58,793 nucleotides of DNA from a virus (taxonomy: Duplodnaviria > Caudoviricetes). The notes beneath the pieces are model-generated. The model saw nothing but the letters and a program-made list of their open reading frames with translations. It was not told where the DNA came from and made no database searches. Numbering within the stretch: position 1 is the stretch's first letter; each line of letters starts with the position of its first letter. The translations under genes and the position numbers were made by a program. The stretch covers positions 1 through 58,793 of the IMG/VR virus record IMGVR_UViG_3300048790_000047. One strand, written 5' to 3'. Of the stretch, positions 1 to 9,119 are shown in pieces.

Positions 1-356
1 CCGGTTGAGCCAAATCCTGTGGGGCCGGTCGCGCCAACGGAGCCGCCTGCACCAGCAGAACCGGTAGGGCCGGTCGCGCCAACGGAGCCGCCTGCACCGG
101 CAGAGCCAGTCGGGCCGGGCGTACCAGCGCTTCCTGGCGAGCCAGTGGGACCAGTCGGACCCGAAACACCGGCGGAACCTGTCGGACCAGCAGAGCCAGA
201 AGGGCCGGTAAAGCCAGAGTTTGAACCTGTCGGACCAGAGGGACCGGTCGGACCAGTGAAACCCGTGTCAGAGCCAGTCGGACCCGTCGGGCCGTTGTTG
301 ATGACAACAATCGGCCGCGCTCGAATAGGTGCTGCGGTTACTTGCTCTACAGCCAC
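1..356 (-). CDS. Collagen-like (Gly-X-Y, GPT-rich) fibre protein, N-terminal part; runs off the window start
   Basis: My translation of the minus strand from GTG at 356 gives [44 protein letters not shown]..., open to position 1. Not in the ORF track because it has no stop in the window. Confidence 0.85.
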   Translation of the reverse strand, partial: MAVEQVTAAPIRARPIVVINNGPTGPTGSDTGFTGPTGPSGPTGSNSGFTGPSGSAGPTGSAGVSGPTGPTGSPGSAGTPGPTGSAGAGGSVGATGPTGSAGAGGSVGATGPTGFGST

Positions 357-359
357 GGT

Positions 360-797
360 TTAATTCCCTGTAACGCCCTGCCCGACACGGACGGTACCGT
401 TCATCAATTCGACGCGTGTGGGCGGCGAATTGTTGTCGTACATGATCAGATCGTAGACGTACTCGCCCGGAGGGCGCTTTGGCTCATTGTCCTCAGCCCA
501 GCGATCCCACTCGTCTTCGTCTGAGAACGGTCCAGGCTGGAGCACAGACGCGATCGACGTGTCTGGGCAGCTAAAATAGAGCACGCGCTTGATCGGGTCC
601 GCGATCACGATAAAACCGTTGTCGGTTGACAGCGTTAGGAGCGCAGGGCCGGTTTTTGTCGCCTTCACGTCCATCCGGAAATTTTGCCCGTTGAAATTCC
701 AAGACGTGTCATCGCAATCACCGAACTGGAACGCGTCGTTCCACGTTGCGTTGTTTACGATAAAAAGCTTGACAAAGGCACTTGTGGCGCCGCGCAT
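360..797 (-). CDS. Putative virion structural protein (fibre-associated)
   Basis: ORF 360..884; ATG at 797 follows GGAG. Beta-rich sequence (YVYDLIMYD...LMNGTVRV) in the structural operon. Confidence 0.6.
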   Translation of the reverse strand: MRGATSAFVKLFIVNNATWNDAFQFGDCDDTSWNFNGQNFRMDVKATKTGPALLTLSTDNGFIVIADPIKRVLYFSCPDTSIASVLQPGPFSDEDEWDRWAEDNEPKRPPGEYVYDLIMYDNNSPPTRVELMNGTVRVGQGVTGN

Positions 798-808
798 GGG
801 TCGCTCCA

Positions 809-1510
809 TTAGAACCGAGTTGAGGTACCCGCGCCCCACAAGCCGTGTTGGGTACGAGTGCTGAAAGATTGCGGGAAGCGCCACGCCTGCGCGCCGTAGG
901 TGTTGGCTTTGATCGCGGCCACGCGCGCTCGGGAGATCGCCTCCTGGAAGCGCTTCAAATGGTACGTACCAAGCGCATCATTGCTGTAACTTTTAGATGC
1001 CTGGTTCATCATTTTGCCCATCAGGCCATCGAGGATGCCCAGATGATACCGCGGCAGGACCCAATCGGGCGCTATTGGCACCATGTCGCGCGTAGTCGGG
1101 AGCACGACGTTCTTGATCACCGTCGCGCGCATAAACTGGTTCGTGTTGGGGATCGAGCAGTTTGAAAGGACCATCACGCCAATATCCGGCATAGCGGCGC
1201 CCATTGGGTACCAGCCGCCCGGCTGCGCAGGGTTCAGCGCGAGAGCAGCTTCATAAGCCGCCTGTGTAGGGAACGTGCTGTTTGCAAAGCAGCCGCCAAA
1301 ACGAATAATTTGCCCCTCATGGATCGGTAGGGGGTACTCGCGCTGGTACGCGACACCATCGATCGGGATGTGCTCGCTCCAGCAAGATGACACATCAAAG
1401 AACTCCGTGAGCACGTCAAAAAGCTCTGCTTTCAAGGCAGCATCCGACGCGCCCATAATCTTGACGCGGGCCTGGTTCATCAACTGGTCAAAATCTTGTT
1501 TGGCGATCAC
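809..1510 (-). CDS. Putative head-tail adaptor / tail tubular protein
   Basis: 233 aa ORF downstream of the capsid gene, overlapping the upstream gene; size and position fit a podovirus adaptor. Confidence 0.55.
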   Translation of the reverse strand: MIAKQDFDQLMNQARVKIMGASDAALKAELFDVLTEFFDVSSCWSEHIPIDGVAYQREYPLPIHEGQIIRFGGCFANSTFPTQAAYEAALALNPAQPGGWYPMGAAMPDIGVMVLSNCSIPNTNQFMRATVIKNVVLPTTRDMVPIAPDWVLPRYHLGILDGLMGKMMNQASKSYSNDALGTYHLKRFQEAISRARVAAIKANTYGAQAWRFPQSFSTRTQHGLWGAGTSTRF

Positions 1511-1917
1511 GGGTGGCCTCCCTGCGCCGGCGGATGCGTGCCGGTGGCAATACCCGGCGAGGCCACGCCAATGAGCATGGCGTTGAACACGCCCATGAAT
1601 GAAGCCGCGCGGTTATCCTGAATGTCTTCTTGGTCGCGCGACAACGCGTGGGCGACGATCCCGTGCACGATAGCCAGACGGAACGGCTCTTCCATTTCCA
1701 GCCGATTATCGTTGATATCCATGAACATCGGCACGCGGCCGCCGTTCCGGAATATGAACAAGTCCGCGCGCAGGCGGCGCGCTTCAAGCAGCGTCACGTT
1801 AAGCGCCGCGAGGATTGACTCGTCGCTATAACGGTGGGGCCGCACGGTATCCTGCAAGAGGGTCCGCACGTCCGACACATAATCGCGAACTGTCTCCAGT
1901 GTGCCAAATGCGGCCAT
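1507..1917 (-). CDS. Putative head completion/adaptor protein
   Basis: VRTLLQD..RYSDESILAALN pattern typical of helical adaptor proteins; directly after the capsid gene. Confidence 0.55.
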   Translation of the reverse strand: MAAFGTLETVRDYVSDVRTLLQDTVRPHRYSDESILAALNVTLLEARRLRADLFIFRNGGRVPMFMDINDNRLEMEEPFRLAIVHGIVAHALSRDQEDIQDNRAASFMGVFNAMLIGVASPGIATGTHPPAQGGHP

Positions 1918-1931
1918 AACGAACCCCTGAT

Positions 1932-1946
1932 TTACCGCCACGGTAA
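1932..1946. repeat. Dispersed palindrome TTACCGYNRCGGTAA, first copy
   Basis: TTACCG CCA CGGTAA. Other exact copies start at 4328, 11479, 17551, 19708, 22982, 25457, 26571, 28697, 32739, 35314, 39770, 44619, 50213, 53654 and 56386. Near copies start at 21130, 29762, 31587, 33237, 38791 and 40623. Confidence 0.97.
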
Positions 1947-1956
1947 AGCCAGCACA

Positions 1957-1972
1957 CTAAGATTTTCTTAAC
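1957..1972. promoter_or_regulatory. CtrA-type box (CTAA-N7-TTAAC)
   Basis: ctaa gattttc ttaac, intergenic, upstream of the 1917 gene. Confidence 0.6.
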
Positions 1973-2007
1973 GAAAAGGCCGGCGAAGGATTTCTCCCCG
2001 CCGGCCT
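1973..2007 (-). terminator. Intrinsic terminator after the major capsid gene
   Basis: 9-bp stem aggccggcg/cgccggcct followed on the minus strand by TTTCGTT. Confidence 0.75.
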
Positions 2008-2031
2008 CTAACTTTTTCCGTTAGTCAGGGC

Positions 2032-3042
2032 TTAGCTGCCCGGAGTAACCTGCGCCTGCACGAGGGCCTTGCCGTCGACGATCTGGTAACCGTAGACCTG
2101 GAGGCCGCGCAGGATTTGACCGAAGGTCAACTCCGAACGAAGCGTCTCGACCTTGCTGATCTGGCTCGCGAAAGTCAGACCGTGCGCGTGGCCCGCGTAG
2201 ATCGGCCATTCGCCAGCGTTGAACTGCCCCGGATCGGAGCCGTTGTTCGGCAGCAAGTTGCTGATGTAGATGGTGAAACGGTCCACCATACCCAGCCGCC
2301 CGTTGCGGAGCATCGACACGCTGTCACCCGACAGATACGCCTGGCGGAGTTCGGACTGCTTGATCTGACGACCAGCCCAAGCCGGCATCACGACCCAGCG
2401 GCCCTCTTCCGGGATATTCTGCTCGTCTAGGCACTGGCCCATACGCATCAGAACATCGAGGAGTTCGACCTCGCCACCGGTGGGGTTCTTGGCGACCACC
2501 GAGAGCGCGGAGCCCTGCACGCCGAGGTTCAAGCTACCGGTGATGACACCAGCAGTCGTACCCTGGTTCGCAGCGGCCATTCCGCCGTAGATGCCGGTCA
2601 GAACGTCCTGATCGACAACGATTTTCAGTTGCTGCGCTGCGTCGTCCGACCACATGCTGAGGACATTCAGATCGCTCTGCATCTCCATCACGTCGTCGAG
2701 GATCAGCGAGAAGTACTTACCGTTGCCGATGTACAACTCGACAGTTCCACCCTGCGGACGGTCGAGGCCCAGGAGGCCGTCGGCGTCGTAGTTGTGGATC
2801 GAGATGGTCGGCTTGGTGCGGATTTTCACCCGATCACCCTTGCTTTTGATCTCGCCTTCGTAGTCGGTATTCGAGATCGCAGCCAACACGGTGCTGGCAT
2901 AGAACTTCTCGACGAGCTTGCCCGACCAGATTTCCGGGATGAACCCTGAAGCCTGGAGGCCGTTGCCCGAGGAACCTACCGGGTACAGCGGAGGCGTAGA
3001 GCCTGACGTTGCGCCGGGAAATGAACCGGAAGGAATAGACAT
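2032..3042 (-). CDS. Major capsid protein
   Basis: 336 aa; FIPEIWSGKL..F....VL..ISNTDYEGEI..KGDRVKI N-terminal signature of HK97-fold podovirus capsids; follows the scaffold gene and precedes a terminator. Confidence 0.9.
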   Translation of the reverse strand: MSIPSGSFPGATSGSTPPLYPVGSSGNGLQASGFIPEIWSGKLVEKFYASTVLAAISNTDYEGEIKSKGDRVKIRTKPTISIHNYDADGLLGLDRPQGGTVELYIGNGKYFSLILDDVMEMQSDLNVLSMWSDDAAQQLKIVVDQDVLTGIYGGMAAANQGTTAGVITGSLNLGVQGSALSVVAKNPTGGEVELLDVLMRMGQCLDEQNIPEEGRWVVMPAWAGRQIKQSELRQAYLSGDSVSMLRNGRLGMVDRFTIYISNLLPNNGSDPGQFNAGEWPIYAGHAHGLTFASQISKVETLRSELTFGQILRGLQVYGYQIVDGKALVQAQVTPGS

Positions 3043-3097
3043 GGGTTGCCCCTGCGTTTTGGAGGCAACCCACGCTCTGCGTTAGGTGCCCCCGGTG

Positions 3098-4183
3098 TTA
3101 GCGGACACGTCCTTCTCGCTGCGCCGCGAAGATTTCATTCTCCAAGCGGGCTTTTTCGGCTTCACGGCCGGCGTAACGCTGTTGGCGTACGTCGCTGTAA
3201 AACGCTGCGATCTGGGCGCGGGTGAAAACTGGTTTTTCGGCGGGCGCCCCGTTATCACCGGAGGCCGGTCGCGCTCGGCCGGGAGCAGCTAGAGAACTCA
3301 GCGGGACCGCGGGTTCACGAGGCGCCGGCGCTGCCGGTGGCTCATTCCGCGGGGCTGCACTCAACTGGCCCGTGGCGTTGGCTTCCGCGAGGAAGCCTTT
3401 GAAGAACGCGATCACCCGAGGGGCATTGGCCGCTGCGTGTGCTTCGTTCAACATTGTCTGGCGTACAGCACCAGAGTAAACATCTCGTAAACGCAGCCAG
3501 TTTTTGAATGACTGCATTACGTTTATTTCGCGCCAATTCGGCACGGCGGCATCGAGGGCCTGCACCATAGTCCCTTGGGAGTTCTGGTTCAGTTTCTGCT
3601 TGAGTTCGCGGTTCTCGTTCTCCAAAGCGGTGAGCTTCGGGGTTACCGCTTCAAGACCAGCGCGGCGCGCTAAGTCTATGATTTCAGGGCCATATTGAGC
3701 CACATCTGCCTCGGTGATCATAGGCTGGATAGGCTCATGAGCCGGGGCATTTTGGTTGTTTTGGATCAGCGCTTGGGTCCGAACAAGCTCGTCTCCAAGC
3801 TGTTGCAACTGCTCCTGCATGGAGCCAATTTCGCGCTGAGAGGCGTCGTAACGACCCCGCATCGAATTATATCGATGTTCCCAGTTCACGTTATTGTGAT
3901 CAGGATTTTTCGGCGGCTCGGGCTGCGGGGCTGCGTTTGCGTCCGGCTGAGGGGCTGGCGCGGGCTCGGGCGCAGCGTTTGCGTCCGGCTGCGGGGCCGG
4001 ATCAGGCTGCGGGGCTGCGTTTGCGTCCGGCTGAGGGGCCGGCGTGGGTTCAGCAGGCTCCTTGGGGTAGAAACTGTTGGCGCGCGCCGCGGCATCGCGG
4101 ACGCTCTTGGGTAGCTTTACTGACTCGTCGATCGGCGGCATGTTGCGGGGCGGCATATCGCGGACAACTTCGGTGGCAGGCAT
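3098..4183 (-). CDS. Capsid scaffolding protein
   Basis: Pro-rich N-terminus with three PAPQPDANAAP repeats, coiled coil, C-terminal EIFAAQREGRVR; immediately upstream of the capsid gene. Confidence 0.75.
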   Translation of the reverse strand: MPATEVVRDMPPRNMPPIDESVKLPKSVRDAAARANSFYPKEPAEPTPAPQPDANAAPQPDPAPQPDANAAPEPAPAPQPDANAAPQPEPPKNPDHNNVNWEHRYNSMRGRYDASQREIGSMQEQLQQLGDELVRTQALIQNNQNAPAHEPIQPMITEADVAQYGPEIIDLARRAGLEAVTPKLTALENENRELKQKLNQNSQGTMVQALDAAVPNWREINVMQSFKNWLRLRDVYSGAVRQTMLNEAHAAANAPRVIAFFKGFLAEANATGQLSAAPRNEPPAAPAPREPAVPLSSLAAPGRARPASGDNGAPAEKPVFTRAQIAAFYSDVRQQRYAGREAEKARLENEIFAAQREGRVR

Positions 4184-4208
4184 GGGAGGCTCCTATTGCG
4201 CGCGAGAG

Positions 4209-4445
4209 TTAGGTCGCGGGCTGTTTGGTTTGAGCGGTCAGATGGCACTCTTTGAAGACGCGCAGGAGCGCTCGGGCCTCCTGGGCATGTCCTTGTAAAC
4301 GCAGGATATTTCCTGAGTCAGCGTCCGTTACCGCGACGGTAACGAGATCGACGTGAGCCGTAAGCTCACGCACGAAATTCTCGAACATTTCCGGGGTCGC
4401 ATTGCGCAGGCGCAGGGCGGCAGCACTCAGGGGGGACTGGGCCAC
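4209..4445 (-). CDS. Hypothetical head-module protein
   Basis: 78 aa ORF abutting its neighbours; contains the palindrome copy at 4328. Confidence 0.65.
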   Translation of the reverse strand: MAQSPLSAAALRLRNATPEMFENFVRELTAHVDLVTVAVTDADSGNILRLQGHAQEARALLRVFKECHLTAQTKQPAT

Positions 4446-4694
4446 TTAAATTCCGTTTCCACCCCAGTCGCCGTCACCTAGCCCGTTGATCGAGGGGCTC
4501 GAATTGCTGGTGGGGCTCGCCATAGGGGTTGCTTTGGCGTAGTTGTTCATCGTCCGCTGGGCGGGGTCGCCCTGCGTCAAGCTCTGCATGGCGCCGGGAG
4601 CGGGGAGCGTCTGCTCCGTCGCGCCCTTACCCACCTGCTTGTGGATGGCGCCGCCTTTACCGAGGGGGGTCAAATGCTTCTTGAACACAGCCAT
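4446..4694 (-). CDS. Hypothetical small protein
   Basis: ATG at 4694 after GGAGAG; tightly packed operon. Confidence 0.6.
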   Translation of the reverse strand: MAVFKKHLTPLGKGGAIHKQVGKGATEQTLPAPGAMQSLTQGDPAQRTMNNYAKATPMASPTSNSSPSINGLGDGDWGGNGI

Positions 4695-4695
4695 T

Positions 4696-4887
4696 TTAGC
4701 TCTCCCCGGACATACCAGTGTCGTTAAACCCCGGATTTTGCGGGGCGCTGGCCTGTTTCCCGTACTGCGTCTGCCCCGTGAGAGGCTTAATGCGAGGCGC
4801 AATAAGATCGGGCGGCCGGGAGCCCCGAACGAAATTCGGGTGCTCCGGAGGCTTCGAGATCGTGACTTTGAGGCTGGCTTTAGCCAT
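4696..4887 (-). CDS. Hypothetical small protein
   Basis: 63 aa; start overlaps the upstream stop codon. Confidence 0.55.
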   Translation of the reverse strand: MAKASLKVTISKPPEHPNFVRGSRPPDLIAPRIKPLTGQTQYGKQASAPQNPGFNDTGMSGES

Positions 4888-5117
4888 TATCGGGCGCTGG
4901 TCTTGCCAGCTTGGGCCGGCAGCGCGCCGGTGTACCCGAACATCTTGCCTTTGCCGCCCGATGCGAACTTGTCGCTTCCGCCCGAGCCTACGTCGTGCGC
5001 AGTAGTGCCCGGCTTCTCTTCGCCGGCCTTCTGCGCGCCGAACATATGGGTTTTCCCACCCTCGGCAAACTTGGCGGATTTCTCGGTTTCTTTGCGGCCT
5101 GTGTTAAGTTCAGCCAT
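4887..5117 (-). CDS. Small Gly/Lys-rich protein with two KFAxGGK..MFG repeats
   Basis: KFAEGGKTHMFG and KFASGGKGKMFG; AGGAG RBS. Confidence 0.7.
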   Translation of the reverse strand: MAELNTGRKETEKSAKFAEGGKTHMFGAQKAGEEKPGTTAHDVGSGGSDKFASGGKGKMFGYTGALPAQAGKTSAR

Positions 5118-5197
5118 GACGGTATCTCCTGAAAACTGTGCGGCCGACGTACGCCGACCTCGCGGGTTAGACCCACGTGCAGATAATCAGAAGTCCG

Positions 5198-5212
5198 TAA
5201 ACAGAGAGTTAA
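5198..5212. promoter_or_regulatory. CtrA-type box (TAAA-N7-TTAA)
   Basis: taaa cagagag ttaa upstream of the 5117 gene; one half-site overlaps the methyltransferase stop codon. Confidence 0.5.
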
Positions 5213-5895
5213 TCGCGCCGGAAATGCAAGTTGCAGAACGTATAGTTCATACCGAGCCACTGGATGACCCGATCCTTGCAGTGCAGCTTGGTGGGCGATG
5301 TAATGCGAAGTCCCTGGCTGGCGCAGAAATTCACCATATCCAGTACCTCGTCTTTAGTGAAGACCTTAACCGGGGCGCCAAACGCCATTTGACCGCCGGT
5401 ATCGACTGGGTCTTTCCAGTAGTCAAACGACACAAAAAGCTCGCCGCCGCGGCGCAGTACGCGCGCGCAGGAGGCATAGAACGCGCGCCAGTCGACGCCG
5501 TGCTCGATGGTTGATAAGCAGGCAATGAAAGCAAAGTGCTGATCCGGGAACGGGATCGACGTGATATCCCCGTACTGATACGTGGCGCCGCCAACGGACA
5601 CCGGGGCGCCCTCGTCGAGGTTTATCCCATGCAAATCCGTGAAGTCGTGCAAAGCGAGCGTCGGCAAGAAAACAGACGCAGACTTGGGATCACGGCACGC
5701 GCCGGCGTCGAGCACCGGGCCACGTTCCGCGCGGATCGCATGGTACACCGCCAGGAAGTTATCCCAGTTCTTCGTGCGCTCCGGATGGAACGGCCACCCG
5801 CGGGCCATAGCCATAACCTCGGCTTGGCCTACTTCGAGATTACTCTTGAGCGCGCGGTTCGTCTGGGACTGCACCCACTCGTGATCAGTAACCAT
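5209..5895 (-). CDS. Class I SAM-dependent methyltransferase
   Basis: VLDAGAC motif I, GDITSIPFPD, CLSTIEH, RVLRRGGELF. Confidence 0.85.
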   Translation of the reverse strand: MVTDHEWVQSQTNRALKSNLEVGQAEVMAMARGWPFHPERTKNWDNFLAVYHAIRAERGPVLDAGACRDPKSASVFLPTLALHDFTDLHGINLDEGAPVSVGGATYQYGDITSIPFPDQHFAFIACLSTIEHGVDWRAFYASCARVLRRGGELFVSFDYWKDPVDTGGQMAFGAPVKVFTKDEVLDMVNFCASQGLRITSPTKLHCKDRVIQWLGMNYTFCNLHFRRD

Positions 5896-7867
5896 GTGAC
5901 AGCATCCAACTTACCTCTTCGGCATTGATCGTGGCCAGCCACGCGGAGTTGTCCTCACGCCCGTAGGATATGATCAATCGCCTCCCGTCTGGGTGCCACG
6001 CGAGGCCAGCGGCGAACTCGATCACCTTATCGTGAAAGCAGAACGGCATCGAGACTGCAACGAGCCGGCTCGATGTATCAAACATCACGAACCGGTGCTG
6101 GTAATAGCGCTTCCCACTGACAGGGAGCGCGCGCGCCTCGTGGATGACCGCCAGCCAGTTCGAGAAGAACGGGATCACCTGCGACCCGCCGCTTAGCGCG
6201 TCTAGCGATAGCTCTGGGTACTCATACTCCCAGGTTGTAACACCGCTAGGGTCCACTACCCTGTTGAGCCTATAGAAGAACTCAAGGCCAACGTCAGACA
6301 CCCGCGGCATCCAGTTCTTCTCATGAACCGGCGGCTGAGACATAACGTGTGGTTTACCCAGCACATCGCCATCGAGCAACTGGGTTAGCACCTGCTGCGC
6401 GCAGCCTTGGGCGTTTAATTCCCGCATCGTGGATGAAGTCCAAAGGTCGCCGTTCCACGAGAACAGGCGCATGTCTTCGAACCCGATCACGAGGTCAAAC
6501 TCGGGCTTCGGCAGGGGAGGCGGTATGATCCGTCTTGAGTTGGCTACGGTCAGATCAAGGGTCAGATCGACGATATAATTGACCGTGTTGATCGGGTTCG
6601 TGCTGTTGGCCTCGCCATTGGTGTCTTTGATCAGATACCGGCCGGCATCGTCAATCGTGTAATTGACGGTACGAACGGTCGTAACGAGGGCGCCTTTATG
6701 CTGGCATATGGACGGATTGAGTTGGGTGGCTTCGTACAAATTCGGAACCACCAATTCCCGCGCCTCGAACGACGGGCAAAAGTCACCGAGAGGCTTGATG
6801 TAGTGGTACAGGTTCGACTTCGCGCCCTCGCGGTTCATGGAGGGCATGTCCCCCTTGATTGCCAGCCGGCTGCACATTTCGTACCCCGCATGGCGGTGCG
6901 CCGGGTTATAGAACGCCGAGATCGCGAACTCCTCTTTGAGGCCCCAGTTGTATACGAAGTCACCCACGAAAAGTTGATCGTCAGGGCGCGGCATCCCTAG
7001 GCCGGCGCGGGCGAAGATCAGCGCGGTGTTGTCCTCACCCTTCTCGCGGTAGTATTTTGACAGGTCATAGAGCGGCTCGGCGCGCTGCGGCCGCATATTA
7101 TACGCCTTCTGGAGATTGAACACAAACCCGTCAGTGTTCCCCAAATTCTTCAGCATGTGCGCATAGTTACACTGGGCGTCGTAGGTCTCTTCTTCCCAGC
7201 CGCCCAGGTCAACGCGCTTCTTGTACGCCTGCGCGGCGTGTGACCACTGGCCCGCATCGCGGTATGACTGTGCGAGGTAAAACCAGGACCGGCCGTTATC
7301 TGGGTCGTCTCTCAGCGCGCCCAGCAACAGCTTGATATCCCGCTCGAACTTGTCTTTGCGGTTGGCACCGTCGGCATGATCGATGAAGTACACGCCCGAA
7401 ATTGCCCGGCCGCCATTGTGCGCCACATCGAGATATTCGTGGGTGACGCCGCGGTACCAGCCGGTCGTGTCCTTCTTGATGATCCGGCGGTTGTAATACG
7501 AAATGCCCGCAGCTTTCTGGAGGATATCGTAGGCGTCGTACTGGAGATTATCTTTGAACGCCGGGTCTTCGACGAAAAGCTCCATATCGGCATCGCAGAG
7601 CAGGATATATTCGCTCGGGTGGACGGCGTTGCGCGCGAGACGGAGCGCAGCATTACGGGCCTGCTCGAAGTTCTTGAAATCCCCGGTATGGATTTCTCCG
7701 GGGATTTCGTGCTCCGACATGATCTCTTCGATCTTTTCGATAGTGCCGTCAGTCGACCCTGTGTCGAAAATAACGTAACTATCGATGTACGGGGCAACGC
7801 TGTTGAGACAACGCTCGATCCGCTCCGCTTCGTTGCGGACGATCATATTCAGACACAGCTTCGGCAT
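5885..7867 (-). CDS. GT2 glycosyltransferase + TPR repeats + C-terminal beta-propeller (glycoside-hydrolase-like) domain
   Basis: LNMIVRNE...DTGSTDGT GT-A fold, DAD motif, YRGVTHE; TPR-like RSWFYLAQSYRD; C-terminal NPSI/EDMRLF/EKNW propeller motifs. Confidence 0.88.
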   Translation of the reverse strand: MPKLCLNMIVRNEAERIERCLNSVAPYIDSYVIFDTGSTDGTIEKIEEIMSEHEIPGEIHTGDFKNFEQARNAALRLARNAVHPSEYILLCDADMELFVEDPAFKDNLQYDAYDILQKAAGISYYNRRIIKKDTTGWYRGVTHEYLDVAHNGGRAISGVYFIDHADGANRKDKFERDIKLLLGALRDDPDNGRSWFYLAQSYRDAGQWSHAAQAYKKRVDLGGWEEETYDAQCNYAHMLKNLGNTDGFVFNLQKAYNMRPQRAEPLYDLSKYYREKGEDNTALIFARAGLGMPRPDDQLFVGDFVYNWGLKEEFAISAFYNPAHRHAGYEMCSRLAIKGDMPSMNREGAKSNLYHYIKPLGDFCPSFEARELVVPNLYEATQLNPSICQHKGALVTTVRTVNYTIDDAGRYLIKDTNGEANSTNPINTVNYIVDLTLDLTVANSRRIIPPPLPKPEFDLVIGFEDMRLFSWNGDLWTSSTMRELNAQGCAQQVLTQLLDGDVLGKPHVMSQPPVHEKNWMPRVSDVGLEFFYRLNRVVDPSGVTTWEYEYPELSLDALSGGSQVIPFFSNWLAVIHEARALPVSGKRYYQHRFVMFDTSSRLVAVSMPFCFHDKVIEFAAGLAWHPDGRRLIISYGREDNSAWLATINAEEVSWMLSHGY

Positions 7868-7900
7868 GAAAATCCTAGGGGGCTAGGGGTTTCGGGGGGA

Positions 7901-8473
7901 TCAACCTTTGGAGATTGCCAGGACGTTCGGTCCTGTTGCTCCGCCTGGGTTCCAGATACAGCCAACAATCCGAGGATCGGTCGTCGGCGGAATGAGTACG
8001 GTGTGGTTCCGCACAGGTCCTGGTACTCCAGTAGGCCCGGATTGTCCAGTGGAACCTGCGGCACCGGCGTGACCGGTGTTACCTTTGAAGCCCGGACCTG
8101 TGTTTCCAGTCGGACCGGTTACGCCGGTCGGACCCACTGGCATGGCGCCGGTCGGACCAACAAACGGACCCGTCGGACCAGCAACGCCGGTAGGACCAGT
8201 CGAAGCCGAAAACGTAGGACCAACGATACCATGAGGACCAGTCGGGCCGGTCGCGCCGGTAGGACCAGTCTGACCCAACGAAGGACCAGTCGGACCAACA
8301 CCGGCAGGGCCGGTTGTACCTGTGACGCCAGTGGTACCACTCTGCGGACCGGTGGCGCCAGCGGCGCCGGTCGGACCCGGAATGTTGCCCATGTTAATTC
8401 GATCCACGACCTCCTTGAGGGCGCCGGGGATCGAATTGTCGTCGTACGTGGTCGCTGCGCGAACGGTACTCAT
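7901..8473 (-). CDS. Collagen-like fibre protein
   Basis: Extensive GPT/GAT/GVT triplets; C-terminal IPPTTDP..G.IWN domain. Confidence 0.88.
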   Translation of the reverse strand: MSTVRAATTYDDNSIPGALKEVVDRINMGNIPGPTGAAGATGPQSGTTGVTGTTGPAGVGPTGPSLGQTGPTGATGPTGPHGIVGPTFSASTGPTGVAGPTGPFVGPTGAMPVGPTGVTGPTGNTGPGFKGNTGHAGAAGSTGQSGPTGVPGPVRNHTVLIPPTTDPRIVGCIWNPGGATGPNVLAISKG

Positions 8474-8490
8474 GTCAGCCCTCGTTCAGA

Positions 8491-9054
8491 TTAGCCTGCC
8501 GAAACAGTCAGCACGCCAGCGTTGTTCCACACCTGACCGCTGTTATGCGGATCGGACGTGGGCGGTACGATAAGGAAAGCCTGCGTTCCGGTCGGGCCGG
8601 TTGCGCCGGTCGGACCCGTGGTGCCAGCGCCAGTGGCGCCGGTCGGACCCGTCGGACCCGTGGTGCCGCCAGTGGGGCCGGTTACGCCCGTGACGCCAGG
8701 ACCCGTTGGACCCGTGGTGCCCGCGGGACCAGTCGGACCTGAAGCCTGACCAGTTGGGCCGGTGATACCTTGAGGACCCGTTGCGCCGGTGCCAGTCGGA
8801 CCAGCGGGGCCGGTTGCGCCCGTGCTACCAGCGGGGCCTGCCGGACCTTGCGGACCGCCAGAAGGACCCGTCGGGCCGGTTGAACCCGCGGCGCCCGTAG
8901 GGCCTGCGGGACCGGTGCTTGCACCAGTCGGACCAGTGGGACCGGCAACGCCCGTGGGGCCGCCGATGTTTCCCGCGTTTACTGCGGCAACGACCTGACC
9001 GAGGATGTTGCCGAGGTTATTGCGGTCGATATCAGTAGATGCCGGAATTGTCAT
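8491..9054 (-). CDS. Collagen-like fibre protein (paralogue of 7901..8473)
   Basis: GPT repeats; shares the VV..N.GNI.GPTG N-terminal and PPTSDP..GQVWN C-terminal motifs. Confidence 0.88.
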   Translation of the reverse strand: MTIPASTDIDRNNLGNILGQVVAAVNAGNIGGPTGVAGPTGPTGASTGPAGPTGAAGSTGPTGPSGGPQGPAGPAGSTGATGPAGPTGTGATGPQGITGPTGQASGPTGPAGTTGPTGPGVTGVTGPTGGTTGPTGPTGATGAGTTGPTGATGPTGTQAFLIVPPTSDPHNSGQVWNNAGVLTVSAG

Positions 9055-9103
9055 GGCCTAACCCCTATGGGACGAATTGTTCTCTACGATTAGCCGAAAC
9101 TTA

Positions 9104-9119
9104 TTACTCGATCGTTAAC
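9104..9119. promoter_or_regulatory. CtrA-type box (TTAC-N7-TTAAC)
   Basis: ttac tcgatcg ttaac upstream of the collagen operon; overlaps the portal stop codon. Confidence 0.5.

Noticed and set aside
19-363. Plus-strand Pro/Val-rich ORF (also 7376..8494, 8322..8998 and similar)
   Set aside because: Antisense shadows of the minus-strand collagen genes
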